Shown: positions 47,920 to 62,200 of the stretch, one piece after another
Layout of the letters: every line of letters begins with the position of its first letter
Numbering within the stretch: the stretch's first letter is position 1
Source of the DNA: Monocercomonoides exilis PA203
Taxonomy: Eukaryota > Protista > Preaxostyla
NCBI GenBank assembly: GCA_001643675.2
Contig: LSRY02000021.1
Location: 682,001-746,000, forward strand
Reading direction: 5' to 3'
Length of the DNA stretch: 64,000 bases
Translations under genes and position numbers: made by a program
The notes under the pieces: model-generated
What the model was told of the DNA's origin: nothing
The model's database searches: none
Seen by the model: the letters and a program-made list of their open reading frames with translations, nothing else

Positions 47920-50900
47920 TCAGGAGTATTTTATTCTGAACCAAGGATGATTAAGTGCCTCGCGTGCAGTTGGGCGAAGATTTTCATCGAATACTAATAA
48001 CCTTCCGATAAAATCAAGAAATGCAACATCTTCTGATGGAATTGCCTCTCTGAATTTTTTCCTTTGAGTCATGACATAATATGTTTTATCATTCTCACCA
48101 AACAAGTTGGCTATGTGTTGTGCATAACCTTTATCATCATGGAATTGCTGTGGCTTGGAAAAGTTCACACTTACAACACTCGAAGATTCGTCATCAATTG
48201 ATCCTTCGTGATCTTCTTCAGTTATTGAGTCTTCATCACCATATTGTTGGCAGTTTTTAAGATAAAGATGAGTATTTGTGTAAAGATTGCAGCTGCGGCT
48301 GAAAAATCTCATTCGAAACAGTGATTCATCAAGCATATCGATTGGGATATCTCCAAGCAAACTTATCATCTCACTCAATAAGATAACCGACAAATCTTGC
48401 CTCTTTGCAAAAACTCTTTCAGAACGTGAAACGTATCTTTCTATATTATCAATATGAAAATGGAACGACCCTTCAAACAAAGGATACCCCAAAAATAACT
48501 CAGCAGCTAAACAACCAACAGACCACAGATCACTTTTCTGTCCACTTTCATGTCCCAATATTTCTTCTGGAGGAGTGTGTGAAAGAGGAAGACGATCAAA
48601 ATTTGGTGGATCAGAGAAAAAGCGAGAATGATGAAAGTTTGAAAGAAAAACGTTAAAATAGGGTTGATGGCCAGCAAATGAAACGAGAATGTTTTCAGGC
48701 TGAACATCAGAATGAATAACCCCCAATGAATGAACAAAAACAAGTGCTTCAAGAATCTGATGGATAATGTTCTGAATTTCATTCATAGAAAACAATTGAT
48801 GGTAATTTTTTCTCCTTTGCTTTGATTGAAAAAGATTTCTTGAATCTTCATTGATTTCATTCGAATGAGATTCATTTTGAAAAGCTATAACTCCTTGAGA
48901 CCGTTGAGCTAATAAATTTTCTTTCGTTTTTCTTTTTTTCATCTCATCTTTTAACGTTAAATTCACTTGTGGATAAACATACATTAACCGTTCATTGAAG
49001 TAGAACACATCAAGTAATGGAACAACATGAGTAGAATCTGAGCAATTATGCTCATTCACGTACCGAGATATTTTGAGTGTATCAAATGCTCTGTTATAAT
49101 GATTCGATCTATTTTTCATTACAATTATTGAAACATTTATGTTTTCTTTAACTTTGACACAATTAACAACACACTCCATCTGTTTCGAAAATGGCCCAAA
49201 GCATTTTGTCACAACATACTTTCCTCCAATCAATCTTCCCTCTCTGTACATATCATCGAAATTGTCGGCATCGGGCCCAGTGATAAACGGATTTATAATT
49301 ATAGGAAGTGTGAAGAATTGATTAGAAATGGCTGAAAGTTGATCCTTGTTTTCTGAATCTTCACATTTCTGCTCTTCATTTTCTAAATTATTTGAAGTGT
49401 ACCTTGACACTATTTGAAATGTTGCTTTATAGCGTTCACATGAGATGCATCGAAATGGCTGTTTGGAATCATTACCATTTCTTAAAGATGTTAATTTTTC
49501 ATTTGAATTTCCCATTATCATTCTTGCATTGTTTATTTCAATCCAAGGGAAAGTGTGATGCATAATTTTTGTTCGGGGATATTGGCTTTCAATGCAAAAG
49601 TTCGCATTTGGAGGAAGTTTGATAGAAACAGGAGAAGATATAGATAAAGAAAGAAGCATCGACTGAACCTCATCAGAATCAACATTCTGCACATTACGAG
49701 AAAAAATATCTTTTTCAGACAAAGAACCAGTTGAATTTCGACGACAGTTCATTTGAGAACAATTGGAAACGGTTCTTTTGTTTAAGCAATTATTTTGTAT
49801 TTTTTTTCCTTGCTCGCATTGCGTCATCCCGATAATTGAAGAAGAATGTATCTCAGAAGTTAAATGAGTTTGATTACAATCACATACAGAATGAGAAGAA
49901 ATCAAATTCTGGTTGGATTCATTTGTTGAGTCCAAAAACATTGATTGCATTTTGCTTGTTTCACTGAAACTTGATTTGTTGCAAGAATTACTATTTGGAT
50001 GCTGTGAAATTTCTTTTTGAGAATCATTTATCGAATTTGCACTTTGGCATAACAAAGATTTAGAATCAATACAACAATTCTCTGACTTTCTTTGATTTTC
50101 TTCAAGAGAAAGAAGAGACTGATAAGCAACGAATCTAAACAAAGAAGAGTGTGAGGAAGGTGGAGGAAACTGAGCTTCGCAATTTTTGTCCAATAATTCT
50201 GAAATATTTGAAGAAATTTCCTTTATTTTTCTCGTTTTCTGTGTGAGATTTATTGGAAGAGGGATTTGTTCATCTGATAAGCAATCTTCTTTATTTGGTT
50301 TTCTAGACGTCAATGATTCATTACGTTCAATCAATGAATTCTGCTCTTGATTCAAAATGTCATTTCGCTTATTTTCAGAAGATTCTTTTTGGATGGATGA
50401 AATGATGACATCCGACTGAGCAGCTTTTGATAAATTCATATCAACTGGTTCAAGAGAATTATTGTTTGTTTCTGAAGAATGGTGGAAATTGTCAGAAATA
50501 TGAATATCCTCTGACATTACATTGCCTTCATTAGAATCAGAACATGAGCTTTGCAAATTTGTGATCTTCAAAGGAAACGGCAATTGAACATCAGATGATC
50601 TTTCATCAAGTTTTTGTGCACATTCAGCAACAATTTGATTATTTTTGTTTTCAGTTTTTATATCTCCTCTATTTTCAATCTCTGAACTGTTAATCTGTTT
50701 TTCATGATCATTTTCTTGTGAATTGGTATTTTCTATTTCTCGTTGCTCACTATGAATAATTTTTTGTTCGGTAAATGCTGTTAATCCTGTTGTTGAAGCT
50801 GAGGCTGTGCTTGGGGTCATAGGAAGTGAACTTGGCGTTGCTGGAAATAATCTTTCTGCACTTTCTAATGAAGAGACAATTGAAGCTGGTGAAAGCATTG

Positions 50901-53900
50901 ACGAATATGAAAAAATGGAACCACCGTTGGTGAGGAGCCTGGCAGAGCCAAGAGGTGAGGAAGGAAATATTGAAGTTGACGAAGCAGAGGAAGGGGCTGA
51001 TGGAAAGGCACAGAGAGCATTGGCATTTGATAGAGATGTTGATAAAGCAGAAGGAAGAAGGGAGTGGCTCGAAGAAGGAAAAGGACGAGAAAACTGTTGT
51101 GTCGGAGAGTGAATTGGTGATGAAAAGGGAGTCGAAGTTAAAGAAGAAGGAGGCAGATAAAATGGCGATAAAACAGTTGGAGAAGAAACAGGTGTTATGT
51201 CAGCTGAAATGGAAATTGGAGAGCGACCATAACGAAACGGAGCGGGCAACTGAAATGGTGAGTGTTGCCGTCTTCCTTGGTTAAGTTCGTTCATAACTGG
51301 AAATTGTGATGAAATGCGATCGGTTGATGTGGGTGTGAGTGAGGGTGTCAGAGAGGCAGTGAGGGTGTGATGTGTGTAGAAGAGCTGATGCTGATAAGGA
51401 GTCAGTGGTGTGTTTGGTGGGGGAGAAGGAGGATACATTGGAGACAAAGGAGTTGTGGTGAATGAAGCAGATGAAGGCATTCCAGAAGGTGACTGCAATG
51501 AAAATGTGAATGTCAGAGAAAGTGGAGCTGGTGGCTGAGGAAGATGAAATCTACGCTGCTGCTTCTGAGAAACAAGATTGGCGTTGTGAGGGCGTCGCAA
51601 GATTCTGTTGTCTGAGAAGGCATCTTGACTATGAATTGGAATTTCTAACTGAGAATGAATCTCGTCCAGTATGCTCACTTCTTCGCTCTTTGAGCAGATT
51701 TCAATGGATGAGAAATCCTCATCGTTGCGAGAAGATTGATCTGACGCTGTTTGACCTTCGAGTTCTTCTTCGCTGCAAATTGATGAACTACATTTATCCT
51801 TCAAATTGTTTGCGTCCGTTTCAGAAGATCCATCAATTTCTTTGACTATCTGCAAATGATCATTACTTGATGAGAATATTTCTTTCATTCGATCATTTTC
51901 GTCATCGGTCAAAGAAAAATCAGAATCAACTTGCGGGATTGCAATCTCATCAAGCAAAATATGATTCATATTAAATGTAACTTTATGGTGTTGATTTTGA
52001 AGTTCTTCATTTTTCAATGGAGAACTATATGAAACAGTGAATTTCTTCAGGTTGAGAAATTGTGGCTTAATGTCACCATGTGAAATAATTATGTCTCTGA
52101 GACGATCCGCAAATTGCTGTGAAATAAAAATGTCTTTAATTTCAAAAGGCTTGTTGGCTGGGTTGTTAACAGTTTCACTTGTTTTGAGTTCAGAAGCATG
52201 AGACAAAGAAGTGACAGAAGAATATTGATGCTCTGCATTTGTTGGCACATTTGCAAGATTAAAGGAAGATTGAGGTGCAGAAAGTGAATGATTGACACAA
52301 GTGTCAAAATTCTGCTTGGAATCCAAACTTAAAATGTTCCTCAAAGGAGATGTTGACTGATGACTTGCCAAATTCACTGGCTCATTTCTCGATTCTTTCA
52401 TGTCTTCTGATGAACTATCACTATTAAGCAAAAGATCTTTCGGCTTATCAAGAAAATTCAATTGCTGTGAATCCGAAGACAACTCTTGATTTTGTGGAGT
52501 TGCAATTTCAGAAGCTGCTAACGGAGAAACGGTTGCTTGGACAGATTCCAAAAGTATCTCCGGAGGCGTCACTAAAGAAACACTCGCAGCAGGTTCAGAC
52601 GCACTGCTAAGAGGAGTTGAGCTTCCAGATGGAAAGGGCGAACTAGTTAGAGAGTGGTGATTAGAAAAGAAAAAAGAACCTTTTCCTTCATTGCAATGCT
52701 GAATCGATAAGTCAAGCGATTCTGAGGAAGGCAAATGAGCATTTGATGGAAATGGCTTCAATGAAGAAAAGAGCAGCGGCATTGGTGTGGAAGGAGCAGA
52801 GAATGAATGGGATGATTGAGAATGCGAAGATGAGGAGGAAGTAGATGATGAAGATGTCAGTTTCAAAATGCGTTTTGGAAAAGGAAGATCAACTTCATTG
52901 GGCTTGCAACGCACACAATAAGCTATTGGATGATACAAAGAGACAAACATGTCTGAAAATGTGCGCTCATCAGAAGTTTTGTGTTGTTTTTCGCTTTCAT
53001 TTTCTTCGGGAATAGCTTGTTCTTCATTTTGCATGAAAAGTTGCTTCTTCTTTTCGTTCAGCGATTGCAGTTCCTTTTGCAGCATTTCCAGTTTCTGCTC
53101 CTCAGACATTTTGGAGATAGAAGGAAGAGTACATGGCTCCGATCTGAATGTCTCGTATTCAGGCATCGGCGGAGTCAGAACGTGTTTCTCAGCTTTTCTG
53201 TCTGTGGAGCTGCTGGAAATTGATTGGCATTCACTATTTTGACAATTGGTTCCGAGATTGCTTGAAGTAGTCTCTTCCTCTGCATTCTGCTTTGTGTCCA
53301 CTTTTTTGTTCAGTTCTTCATTTTCTTCATTCTCTCCATCTTCAAAATTCATCACTTCTTCACAACCATCATCTTCGGTATCGTCCTCTTCGATTTGACA
53401 CTCCTCTTCTTTTCTATCAAAAGCACCAAAAAGTGAAGGAGAAGGTGGTATCATCTGCTGACATGAAGGAGGCTCAATGGTAGCACTAGTGATGAGTTTC
53501 TCTTTAATGTGAATATCATCAGTTGAATCTGAATGTGTCATTTGATTTGATTCATGGCAAGAATTGAAAAAGCCTTCTTTATTCATTGGATGCTCCATAA
53601 GATCGTCATTTTTATCGTCAACATCACAGCAAGAATCTTTGACTTTCAATTTATCAGAAACTCCATCAATCAAAGAAAAGTCAATTATTCCTTCTTTTCC
53701 TTCAAAATTTTCCTTTATTGCAACTTCACCATTATCTGCATCAACACAATGTGCATCAGATCCATTTGCCTCACTTGCATCAGAATATCCTCCAAATACT
53801 TCAAGTTCAATGAGTTCATCGTCACCATCAGCTCCGTCTCCACACACATCTTCAAACACATCGTTGTCCATTTCAGGTAATATTCTCCTCAATCTGACTT

Positions 53901-56900
53901 CTGGATCTTCAAACACATCTTCAAATTCGTTGGATAATTCTGATGTTTTGTCGATGTCTTTGCTATCGGCTTGCTCATCTTCTTCTTCAGATAAATACTT
54001 TTGCTTTTTATTCATCAGAATTCGCGCCCCTTTTGTTATGATGTGTATTTCGTGATCTTCTGGATCTTTTTGTTCTTTGCTCGATTGTTGTCTATCATTG
54101 CAATAATTTTGTGTTGTCAAATCTATGATATCTTCATCATTTTCATTTGATATAAAATTATCCGAACTTTGTTTTGAATTGTCTGCCTTTGTTTGATTCG
54201 ATGAATCTTTTGCCGTTTTCAAATATTCGTCAAACGAGAAAAACCTGAAATGTTTGTATTCTTCTTTTTCTCCTTTGATATTCTGTTCTCCTTCTTTCGC
54301 AGCTTTAACTTTTGAGTCATAAGATCTGTCTAGCTCTTTTGCTTCATCTGAAATATAAACATACTCCTTTTCATCTTCTAGTCCTTCAATTATGTTATCG
54401 TCAGCATTTTCAGTTTCTGCTTCATTCTCAAAATCAGAAGCTGAATTTGAGTTTTCATTGCTTGAAGCAAGCTTTTTCGCAGATTCAGTTGAAATGCCTT
54501 CTTCACTTTCTTTTCTTTGCCCTTTCGTTGATAAGCCTTCCTTTTGCTCAATTGGCTCATCATGTTTTTCACAATCAGAGGGATCGTTCTGTTTAATATC
54601 ATTTTCATTGAACGAACCACGTTCAGCGAAAAAAGGCTTACAATCAGATTCATCCGAAACTTCTTTCATTTCATCATCGGTGTTGTCTTCGTAACCAAAA
54701 ACATCTTTTTCCGCACCATCCTCTTCATTCTCTTCTTCATCAATGAGAATGATTTCTGGAGATGGCTTATCAGCAACTTCAATATCATTGCTATTTCCTT
54801 CCATCTCTCCGCTTTCATTCACCTCATCGAGCAATTCCTCCTCCTCTTCGAAATCCTCCTCAATCCTCTTTTTCTTTGCATCTTCCAGTCGAAGATAGCC
54901 AAACGAATCATCATTCAACCACCTCTCATGCACTACATTTCTGTCAAATTGTGCTTGTCCTCTCGATTCTTTCTTGTTTCTCCTTCTCAATATCAGCTGC
55001 GTGAATGCATCGTCGTCGTCTTCGAAGTCGTAATCCGAATAAAATCCGCCTTCACTCTCAGATGACAGCCTGTCTGCAACATTGCTGTTGAGCGAGTGGT
55101 AGCTATGCACTGAAAGCGTGTCATCAAATTGATACTGCTCGCTGAAGGGGGAACAAGGAATATCATTGAATTCTGCATTTGCTTGCGTTGTTTCTCTATT
55201 TTCCTGCCTCGTTTCTTCGAATTTTTTTTCTCCTTTCTTTTTCAATCCGTCTCTCTTTTTCCTCTGCTTTATCCTCTTGGAAGATCCAATCTTTGGCAGT
55301 GGAAGCAACTTTTCAGGCGATCCATCAGGAGAACTTACATCTTTAAAATCGTTCGTTTCTCTCAGCTGAGAACTGTTTAAACGAATTCCATAATCAAATT
55401 GTTTGACTGGAGAATTTTCAAAGTTCGCAAGTTTATCCCGCTTGCAATCAGAGGACAATTCAGATTTGCCGCGAACACTTTTATTAGTCATAGCATGTGC
55501 ATGACAATTGCTGTGAGTGCGGCGATGGAGAAGGTGCTTGTGTGGAATAAGATGTCGGCTGCCCGGCAGAAGTAGATTGTGGCTCTTTTCTTTGATCTGA
55601 TTTGTTTCATCACAGGAATCTGTTTGCAGGAAATGAGATGATTTTGGTGTGAGGCAAGGAGATGATGAAGATTGATGCGGTGAATGAAGAACAAGAGAAG
55701 GGTGAAGTGGAGGAGAAACAGGCTCATCTGGGAATGAAGAGGAAATCGTCGAGCCCATCGAATCTGAAGTGAAAGTGGGCAAAGTTCGAGAAGACGAAAC
55801 TGTATCTGCCTTTGAAGGTGAAATGTCTTGGCTGAAAATTCGAGAAATGAGATGAGAACCTTCAGGTGTTGAATCTGTTGACAGAGAACAATCTGTGAAA
55901 TGGTGAGGTGAGTCAATTGAATGAGTTGGATTGGTTTGAGAATGAAATGAATTGCTGGTGTCTGCTTCATCAACGAATGCATTTTTCATATCAAAAGCAA
56001 AATTTCCGTGTTTAACTTCTCCATGTTGGCTGTCGAATGTAATCTCATCTCTGCTTTCTGAATCAAAAAGCGCTCTGTTTGAATTCTCGTCGCTTTCACT
56101 TTCAAAAAGCATTCCCCCTTCTGACTGCCCGTCTGAGCTGCTGTCCTCGGCCAGCAGTTTTTCCAGGTTCTCCTTTTCTTTCTCGGCTTCTTTCAACGCT
56201 TGCTTTTCCTTCTTCAACGCAAGCCATTCTTCAAACTGCTCCTCTTCATTGCTACCTGGCTTCTCCAATTTAAGCTCTGTATTTCCACTTGTTTGCGAGA
56301 AATACGCTCTTAACGAGTCCGTCTCTGAATCTTGCGAGTTGCTGCTGCTTTCCAAGTCGCCAACGGTATCGCTGTTTGATTCACTTCCACTGCTGTAATT
56401 TTTGAAATAGTGAAAACCTTCGCTCGTCTCATGTCCATGAAAGTTGCTGTGCTGAGAGCAAATCCTGCGGAAGTCTTCGCTTCCAGGCGAATCCTTCTTG
56501 CTGGAGTCAGCAGAAGAATTGAAAAAGTAATCACGCAATGAAGCACTTTCGTCGGCTTCTGAAGATTCGTTCATTGCCATTGAGCTTCTAATATTACTCA
56601 TTACTCTATATCTTCCTTGAAATTCTATTTCAGTTTTTTCCATTTCACCATTTTCAACTTTCTTCGAATCTGAAAAAGAAGTTAACTCTGCATTGATCGT
56701 AATTTTTGAGGGATTATCCTGCAAAAAGAAGGGGCTATTTTGCGCTCCAATGCCTTTTTCTGAACTTTCTTCTTCCTCTTTTTCTGAATCGTTTTCTGTG
56801 CATGCGCAACTTTCTCCTCCGTCTTCATCTTCTTCATATCCCTCAAAATCGAATTTATTTTCTTCCTCTTCCTCTGCCTTTAGCATAGAAATTAGTTTTC

Positions 56901-57378
56901 TTTTTGTAAGCTTTTCATATGTCAAATGAGAAAAAGCATCATCTTCAATTTCTTTTCCGAAAGATGTTTGAACCAAAGAAGGAAAAGCCCCATTGCTCGC
57001 CCCATTGCTCGGCTCAAATGCGCATTCATTTTTATTACCTTCATTTTGAATATTTTTAAAATTATTCATCGCTAATCTCTTTTTTGCCCTAAATTGGAAT
57101 TCATAAAGAAGTATTTCTTCCTCAGAAGGAATATCTGAAATAAAAAAATAAAAATAAATTAAAAAATAATAGAGGTCATTAAGAACACAAAAATTATTTA
57201 AACCATGTTTCAAAGCTTCAGGAACACGAATCTGTTCAATAAATGGATCAGAACGCACATTCGGAACTAAAAGAAAATTTTCAAAGAAATTGAGAACAAA
57301 TATAATAATTTATTCACAATTTTATAAAAAATATGAGAAATAAAACTTTCTTCCCAAAGTATTCGCAATTGTTTCCAT
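47920..57378 (-). CDS. ~3100-aa acidic/Ser-rich protein with a C-terminal DYRK-family (DYRKP-like) pseudokinase domain
   Basis: The C-terminus reads FTLPIIINPFITG..LIGGKYVVTKCFG..VSIIVMKNRSNHYNRAFDTLKISRYVNEHNCSDSTHVVPLLDVFYFNERL..IHSDVQPENIL..LSNFHHS..PPEEILG..KSDLWSVGCLAAELFLGYPLF..RPTAREALNHPW. The likely ATG is at 57378, with two short 5' introns (~57270-57346 and ~57135-57198). Confidence 0.85.
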
Positions 57379-57760
57379 TGTGGAATAAACATTGATTCTT
57401 CACGGTAAGAACAAATTTTGTTTAATGTTCAATGAATTTAATAAATATGAATTAAGTTATTATAAAAACAAATCAATTTTATTTGGAAATTAAATTTTAT
57501 TAGCATGTTAAAAGAAAAATTGAACAACATACAAGATTCTTTCAAAATACAACAATGCAGCTATCTAATCCCCGATAATTTATAAATACAAAAACAGACT
57601 TAAAGAGTAAGAGTTGTATAAAACAATCTAATGAGAAATCTATGACAAAAAACAGGAAATGAAAAAATTCTGATCGAATAAATAATTAATTTTTTGTGCG
57701 AGAGAACAGTAACCATTATAATTATTACTTCATATAAAAGGAAACCTTTACAGTTCTAAA

Positions 57761-58692
57761 ATGAAAACCGCTAACATTGTTCCAGAATTAACTTTTTTAC
57801 CACGAATTCATAATGGTGAGTACAATGCTTTGGTTCTATATGTTGTTGCACAAGTTGCTGCCAGATTTTTGATAACAACGTTTATTGCTTGGATTGTTAA
57901 ATTAAGTAAAAGAACAGAAAAGCCTCATCACCCTAAAAAAGCTGCAGGTTTTTATATATATACCATATCATCTTTATTTGTATATTTATTCAAAAATTAC
58001 ATATTTTTATAGAATCTTTTTATTTTGGATTGTATTACCTATCGTCATGGATTTTTTCTAATTTTTCGCTGCATGATGGAAATATATCTGTATGGCAAGT
58101 TATTAAGCATCCAGAACTTTTGCATAAATCTGGGCCATTTCCTCAATCCTGGAAACATTTTATTAATTATGAGCTGGCTCACTACATAACATGTATGATA
58201 TATTATAAATTTGACAATAGGCAGCACCACACAGATTATTATATGATGATGCTCCATCATATATGTTGCATATTTTTGATGTTTACTGCGCAAAAGCTTA
58301 CAGTTTTTCAGCCAGGTCTTATTTACTGTTTATTCCTTCACGATTGGTCGGACATTTGGATGGAATTTGGAAAGGTGCTGCTTTACATGAAAATAAAGCT
58401 TTTCATTCTTTGTTTAGGTGTTCTTGTTCCATCTTGGTTTATCCTTCGTTGCATCGTCTATCCTGCAACTGCAATCAGAAGCGGTATTCAATATTTTGAT
58501 AGGGATGCTACTCTTATTGCAGTTACTGTGTTTGAAATTATCATTTGGATCATGAATTGCATCTGGTTTGTCTTCATATTCCAGATGGTTCTTCGGTCAA
58601 TAAAAGGATCACTTGTAAAGGATGTTAGAAGTGAGGATGAAAGCGATGAAACTATTTCATCTGAAAATAGTAAAGAATACGGAAAATGTTAG
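57761..58692 (+). CDS. Ceramide synthase (Lag1/Lac1, TLC domain); 2 exons
   Basis: Intron 57948-58012 joins KKAA|ESFYFGLYY. The Lag1p motif is DYYMMMLHHICCIFL...FLHDWSDIWMEFGK, and the C-terminus has DVRSEDE. Confidence 0.92.
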
Positions 58693-59263
58693 ATTCAGCA
58701 TTTAATTTTTCATTAATTTTTTCGTTTTATAGTTTTTTATCTTTAAAGTCAGAATTCATTTTTTCTTTCACACTTATTATTCTTTTATTTTTTTTAATTA
58801 AGTTTACAGATTATAATATTTTAGGTAGTTGATTTTATTAAACTTTATTGAGTTAAAATGTTATATTTCACACATTTTTAAAAATTTCACTTATATCATA
58901 TTTGGAGATTTTCTCCACAGATTTTGATTTTATGTTTTCATTGAAGCATTTATTGTTTTTGCTTTCATGGAAAATCATTTCCAGCTTTTTTGTAATATTT
59001 TGTTATTTCCAAAATAAAGGTTTTGCTTCAAATCAAAAATTTTCTTTAATTTATTGCAAATTTTTATTGAGGGGTTTTCAACATTTATCGACTTTGAACA
59101 TTCTTATTTTTCGAAGCATATCATCAATTTGTGTATTATCTTTTTAAATTTTAAATTTGTTTAATTCGTTCAGATTTAATTTTAATGAACGAACAATATC
59201 TGAAAGATAAAAAGAAATATTTTCTTTATTTAAATAAATATGGGCTAAGTAATATTTTTGAAA

Positions 59264-62200
59264 ATGGATTTAACGGCTTTCTTCTTATTTTTTCTGTTTT
59301 TAAAGAGTATAAAAAGCAATGACAATTCAAGGTCACCTGAAAATATAAAATTTGAAAACATATTTTATGTTAACATCCAAAATTTGAGTAATTCATTATT
59401 TCGGCTGCAGAATGAATTACAGATTGAAAAGCCAGACGGAAAAAATGCAATCGGTACAACTTTTCTTGAACATTGTTCTGCCGGATGGAATTTTTGTGAA
59501 AAGTACGAGCACAATCAAAAATATTGTTTATTTTCAATGCTGAATTCCACTGTGCTTTTGGATTCGATTTCTGTGCGAGGGAGTGAGCGTCCTGTTGTGC
59601 TTTTGAGAGACATCCAAGCTGAATGCTGTTTCTGCAATTGCCTTTTTTGGAGAAATTGGGACTCAGACAATTTCTGTGATTCGTTTGGAGGGCTGCTGAG
59701 ACTCGAAAATATTTCATTTTTATGTTCGACACCAAACGTCGCATGCGGATTTGTTTTGTCGAACTCGCTCGCACTTTCATCGAGAATCCATCTGAAAAGG
59801 TGTACAATGCATTCGTTTTCTGTAAACTCGATGAATCCTTTTCTGAGTGCTGAAAATATGGAATCTGTTGCTGTGGACGAATGCCATTTTGAAAACATCA
59901 CCCACAAGCCCGACGCGATGCGAAGAAAAGGGCTCGCAGAGGAAAGAGAATTCGTTGGAAATGGGATTGGCATGATTGAAGTGGAGTCTTCATCATTTTT
60001 CAACGTTGTTGATGCAGATTGCGGATGTATTTTTGATGGATATCACACCTTCCACCATTACCTATCTTTCAATTGCAGTTTTATCGCAAGCAGGGCACAG
60101 GCCAACAACACCAGACAGGTGAACTCTTCTGGAAATGTTGTTCTTCGTGATTCGTTGTTTACCGTTGTGAGCGAGGTTTATGAAGGAGGAGCTGTGCTGA
60201 TTACCGGAAATGCAACGTTAACCATTGAAAGAACAACATTTTTGAATTGTAAATGTGCATTCTTAAAAAATGATTTTGGAGGTGGAGCAATTTCGGCAAC
60301 TGGAACAGGTTTCATTTCTATCGCAAATTCTTCATTTAAAAATAATTCATGTGTCTCACTCTATGGGGGTGCAATTCGCATTTACATGAAATCAGCTGGG
60401 GATGTTTCAATAACAGATTCAACGTTTATTGAAAACGAAGGGCCTCATTTTGGAGCATTTGAAATAATAGAGCAAGCATCCACAACAATTGTTGATTCGT
60501 GTACATTCTATCGAAATAAGGCTAAGACGTATTATGGTGGTTCTATCAGTTTTGGTCGCATATTTTGCAACAATTCGTTACTGTCCAATTGTTCGTTTAA
60601 AGAAAGTTCAAGCGCAATGTATGCAGGAGCTATATTTATTTCGCGGAATGCAACTATTGCATATCCGACAGAAATTCGCTTTTTGTTCTTTGATCAAAAC
60701 ACATGTAGAAATAACAAAGGAACAGATATTGCTATTAGATCATCCAATTTGACATTTTACAATGCTAATAATTTCTCAACTTGCTTTTCCACATCATTGG
60801 AGAAGAGAATTGTATTTTGTACGAATGAAGGCGAATGGGACTGTATAACACATGAACCAAAAGAGAACTGGATACCAACAAATGATCCTTTGTTAATTCA
60901 TGTGGACCCTTCAAAAGAAGATAATGTTGCCTGTGGAAATGTGGGAAGAGAATGCAAGACAATTGGCTTTGCAATTACAAGATGGCTTCAGCCAGAGCTG
61001 CAAAAAGTGTATGTTTCGAGGGTGAACCATTTGGAGACTTCGATTGCAATCAACGGGCGAAATGTGAAAACTTCTATAGAAGGAAGCGGAGATCGACCGA
61101 CAATCACGTCAAAAAACTTGGATGGCTGGCTTGTCACGATCACAACAGGCTCTTTCACTGTGACTGATTTTTCGATTGTTGTGGACACAAGCGTGTCGCT
61201 GGAATCCTCACTATTTTTGGTTTCAAATGCAGAAGGGAAGCTGAACCTGGTGCAATGCGAAATCGCTGCAGATTCAACAAATCGAGTGTTGGAGCATTCT
61301 CAGTTTTCTCTTCTTGGAGGAACTGTCAATCTGACACTCTGCGAAATACGCGGCTTTTCTCTTCAAGGGTGCGGATTGTTTCAAAAGGAGTCTGCAAGCT
61401 CGCTTTTGTTTGAAGGAGGCAGCGTGTGCGACATTGCACGAAGCAGAGGAAACGGCACGATCATTGGCAAAACACTGGGAGATGGCGAGATTCTTGCGAT
61501 TTCGAACATCACTTTCAGAAACTGCACGAGCTCAGCTGAAAATGGAGGAGCGTTTGGCTTGTGTTTGGACAGCGGAAGTCAATTGCGAATTGGGCAGATG
61601 AGTCAAGTTGCCTTTGAAGAATGCAGTGCTCCCAACAGCGAAAAGCAAGGAAAGGGCGGGGCGTTGTATCTTCTCTTCGATCAGGGAGCCAATGATTTTA
61701 TATTGAAGAGCATTTCGTTCAGCGGCTGCAGAGCTTGGAAAGGGAAGAATGTGTTTGTGGATGGGGGCAATCTATCATCGTTGGTGAAGGCGTCTTCGTT
61801 TGCGTTCAATCCTCAAACAGAAGATGAGCTTACAGATTTTGATGAGCTGAGTGGATATGATGCGGGGGATCGTAGCAAGGTGATTCCTTTGGTGTTGTAT
61901 TTGCGGACTTTTTCATCGCCAGCGTATGTGTCTGGAGACGAGAGCGATGCAGATGACACGTTCTGCGGATACAAAGATTATCCGTGCAGAACTGTCGAAG
62001 GCGCTGCTGCATTTCGGTTTGCGAATTCTGCTTGCGAGCTGAGTCTGTTACCGTCGTTTGCATTTTTGAAGGAGCTGACATTGGCTTCGCAATCGTATGT
62101 TTTTGGTGCTGCTTCGCAGGGGCAGGCAACAGAAGTGGGCTCTTCTTCGGTTAAAAGTCGTGAAATGCTTGTTTCGGTGTCTGTTCCATCAACATTTGCG

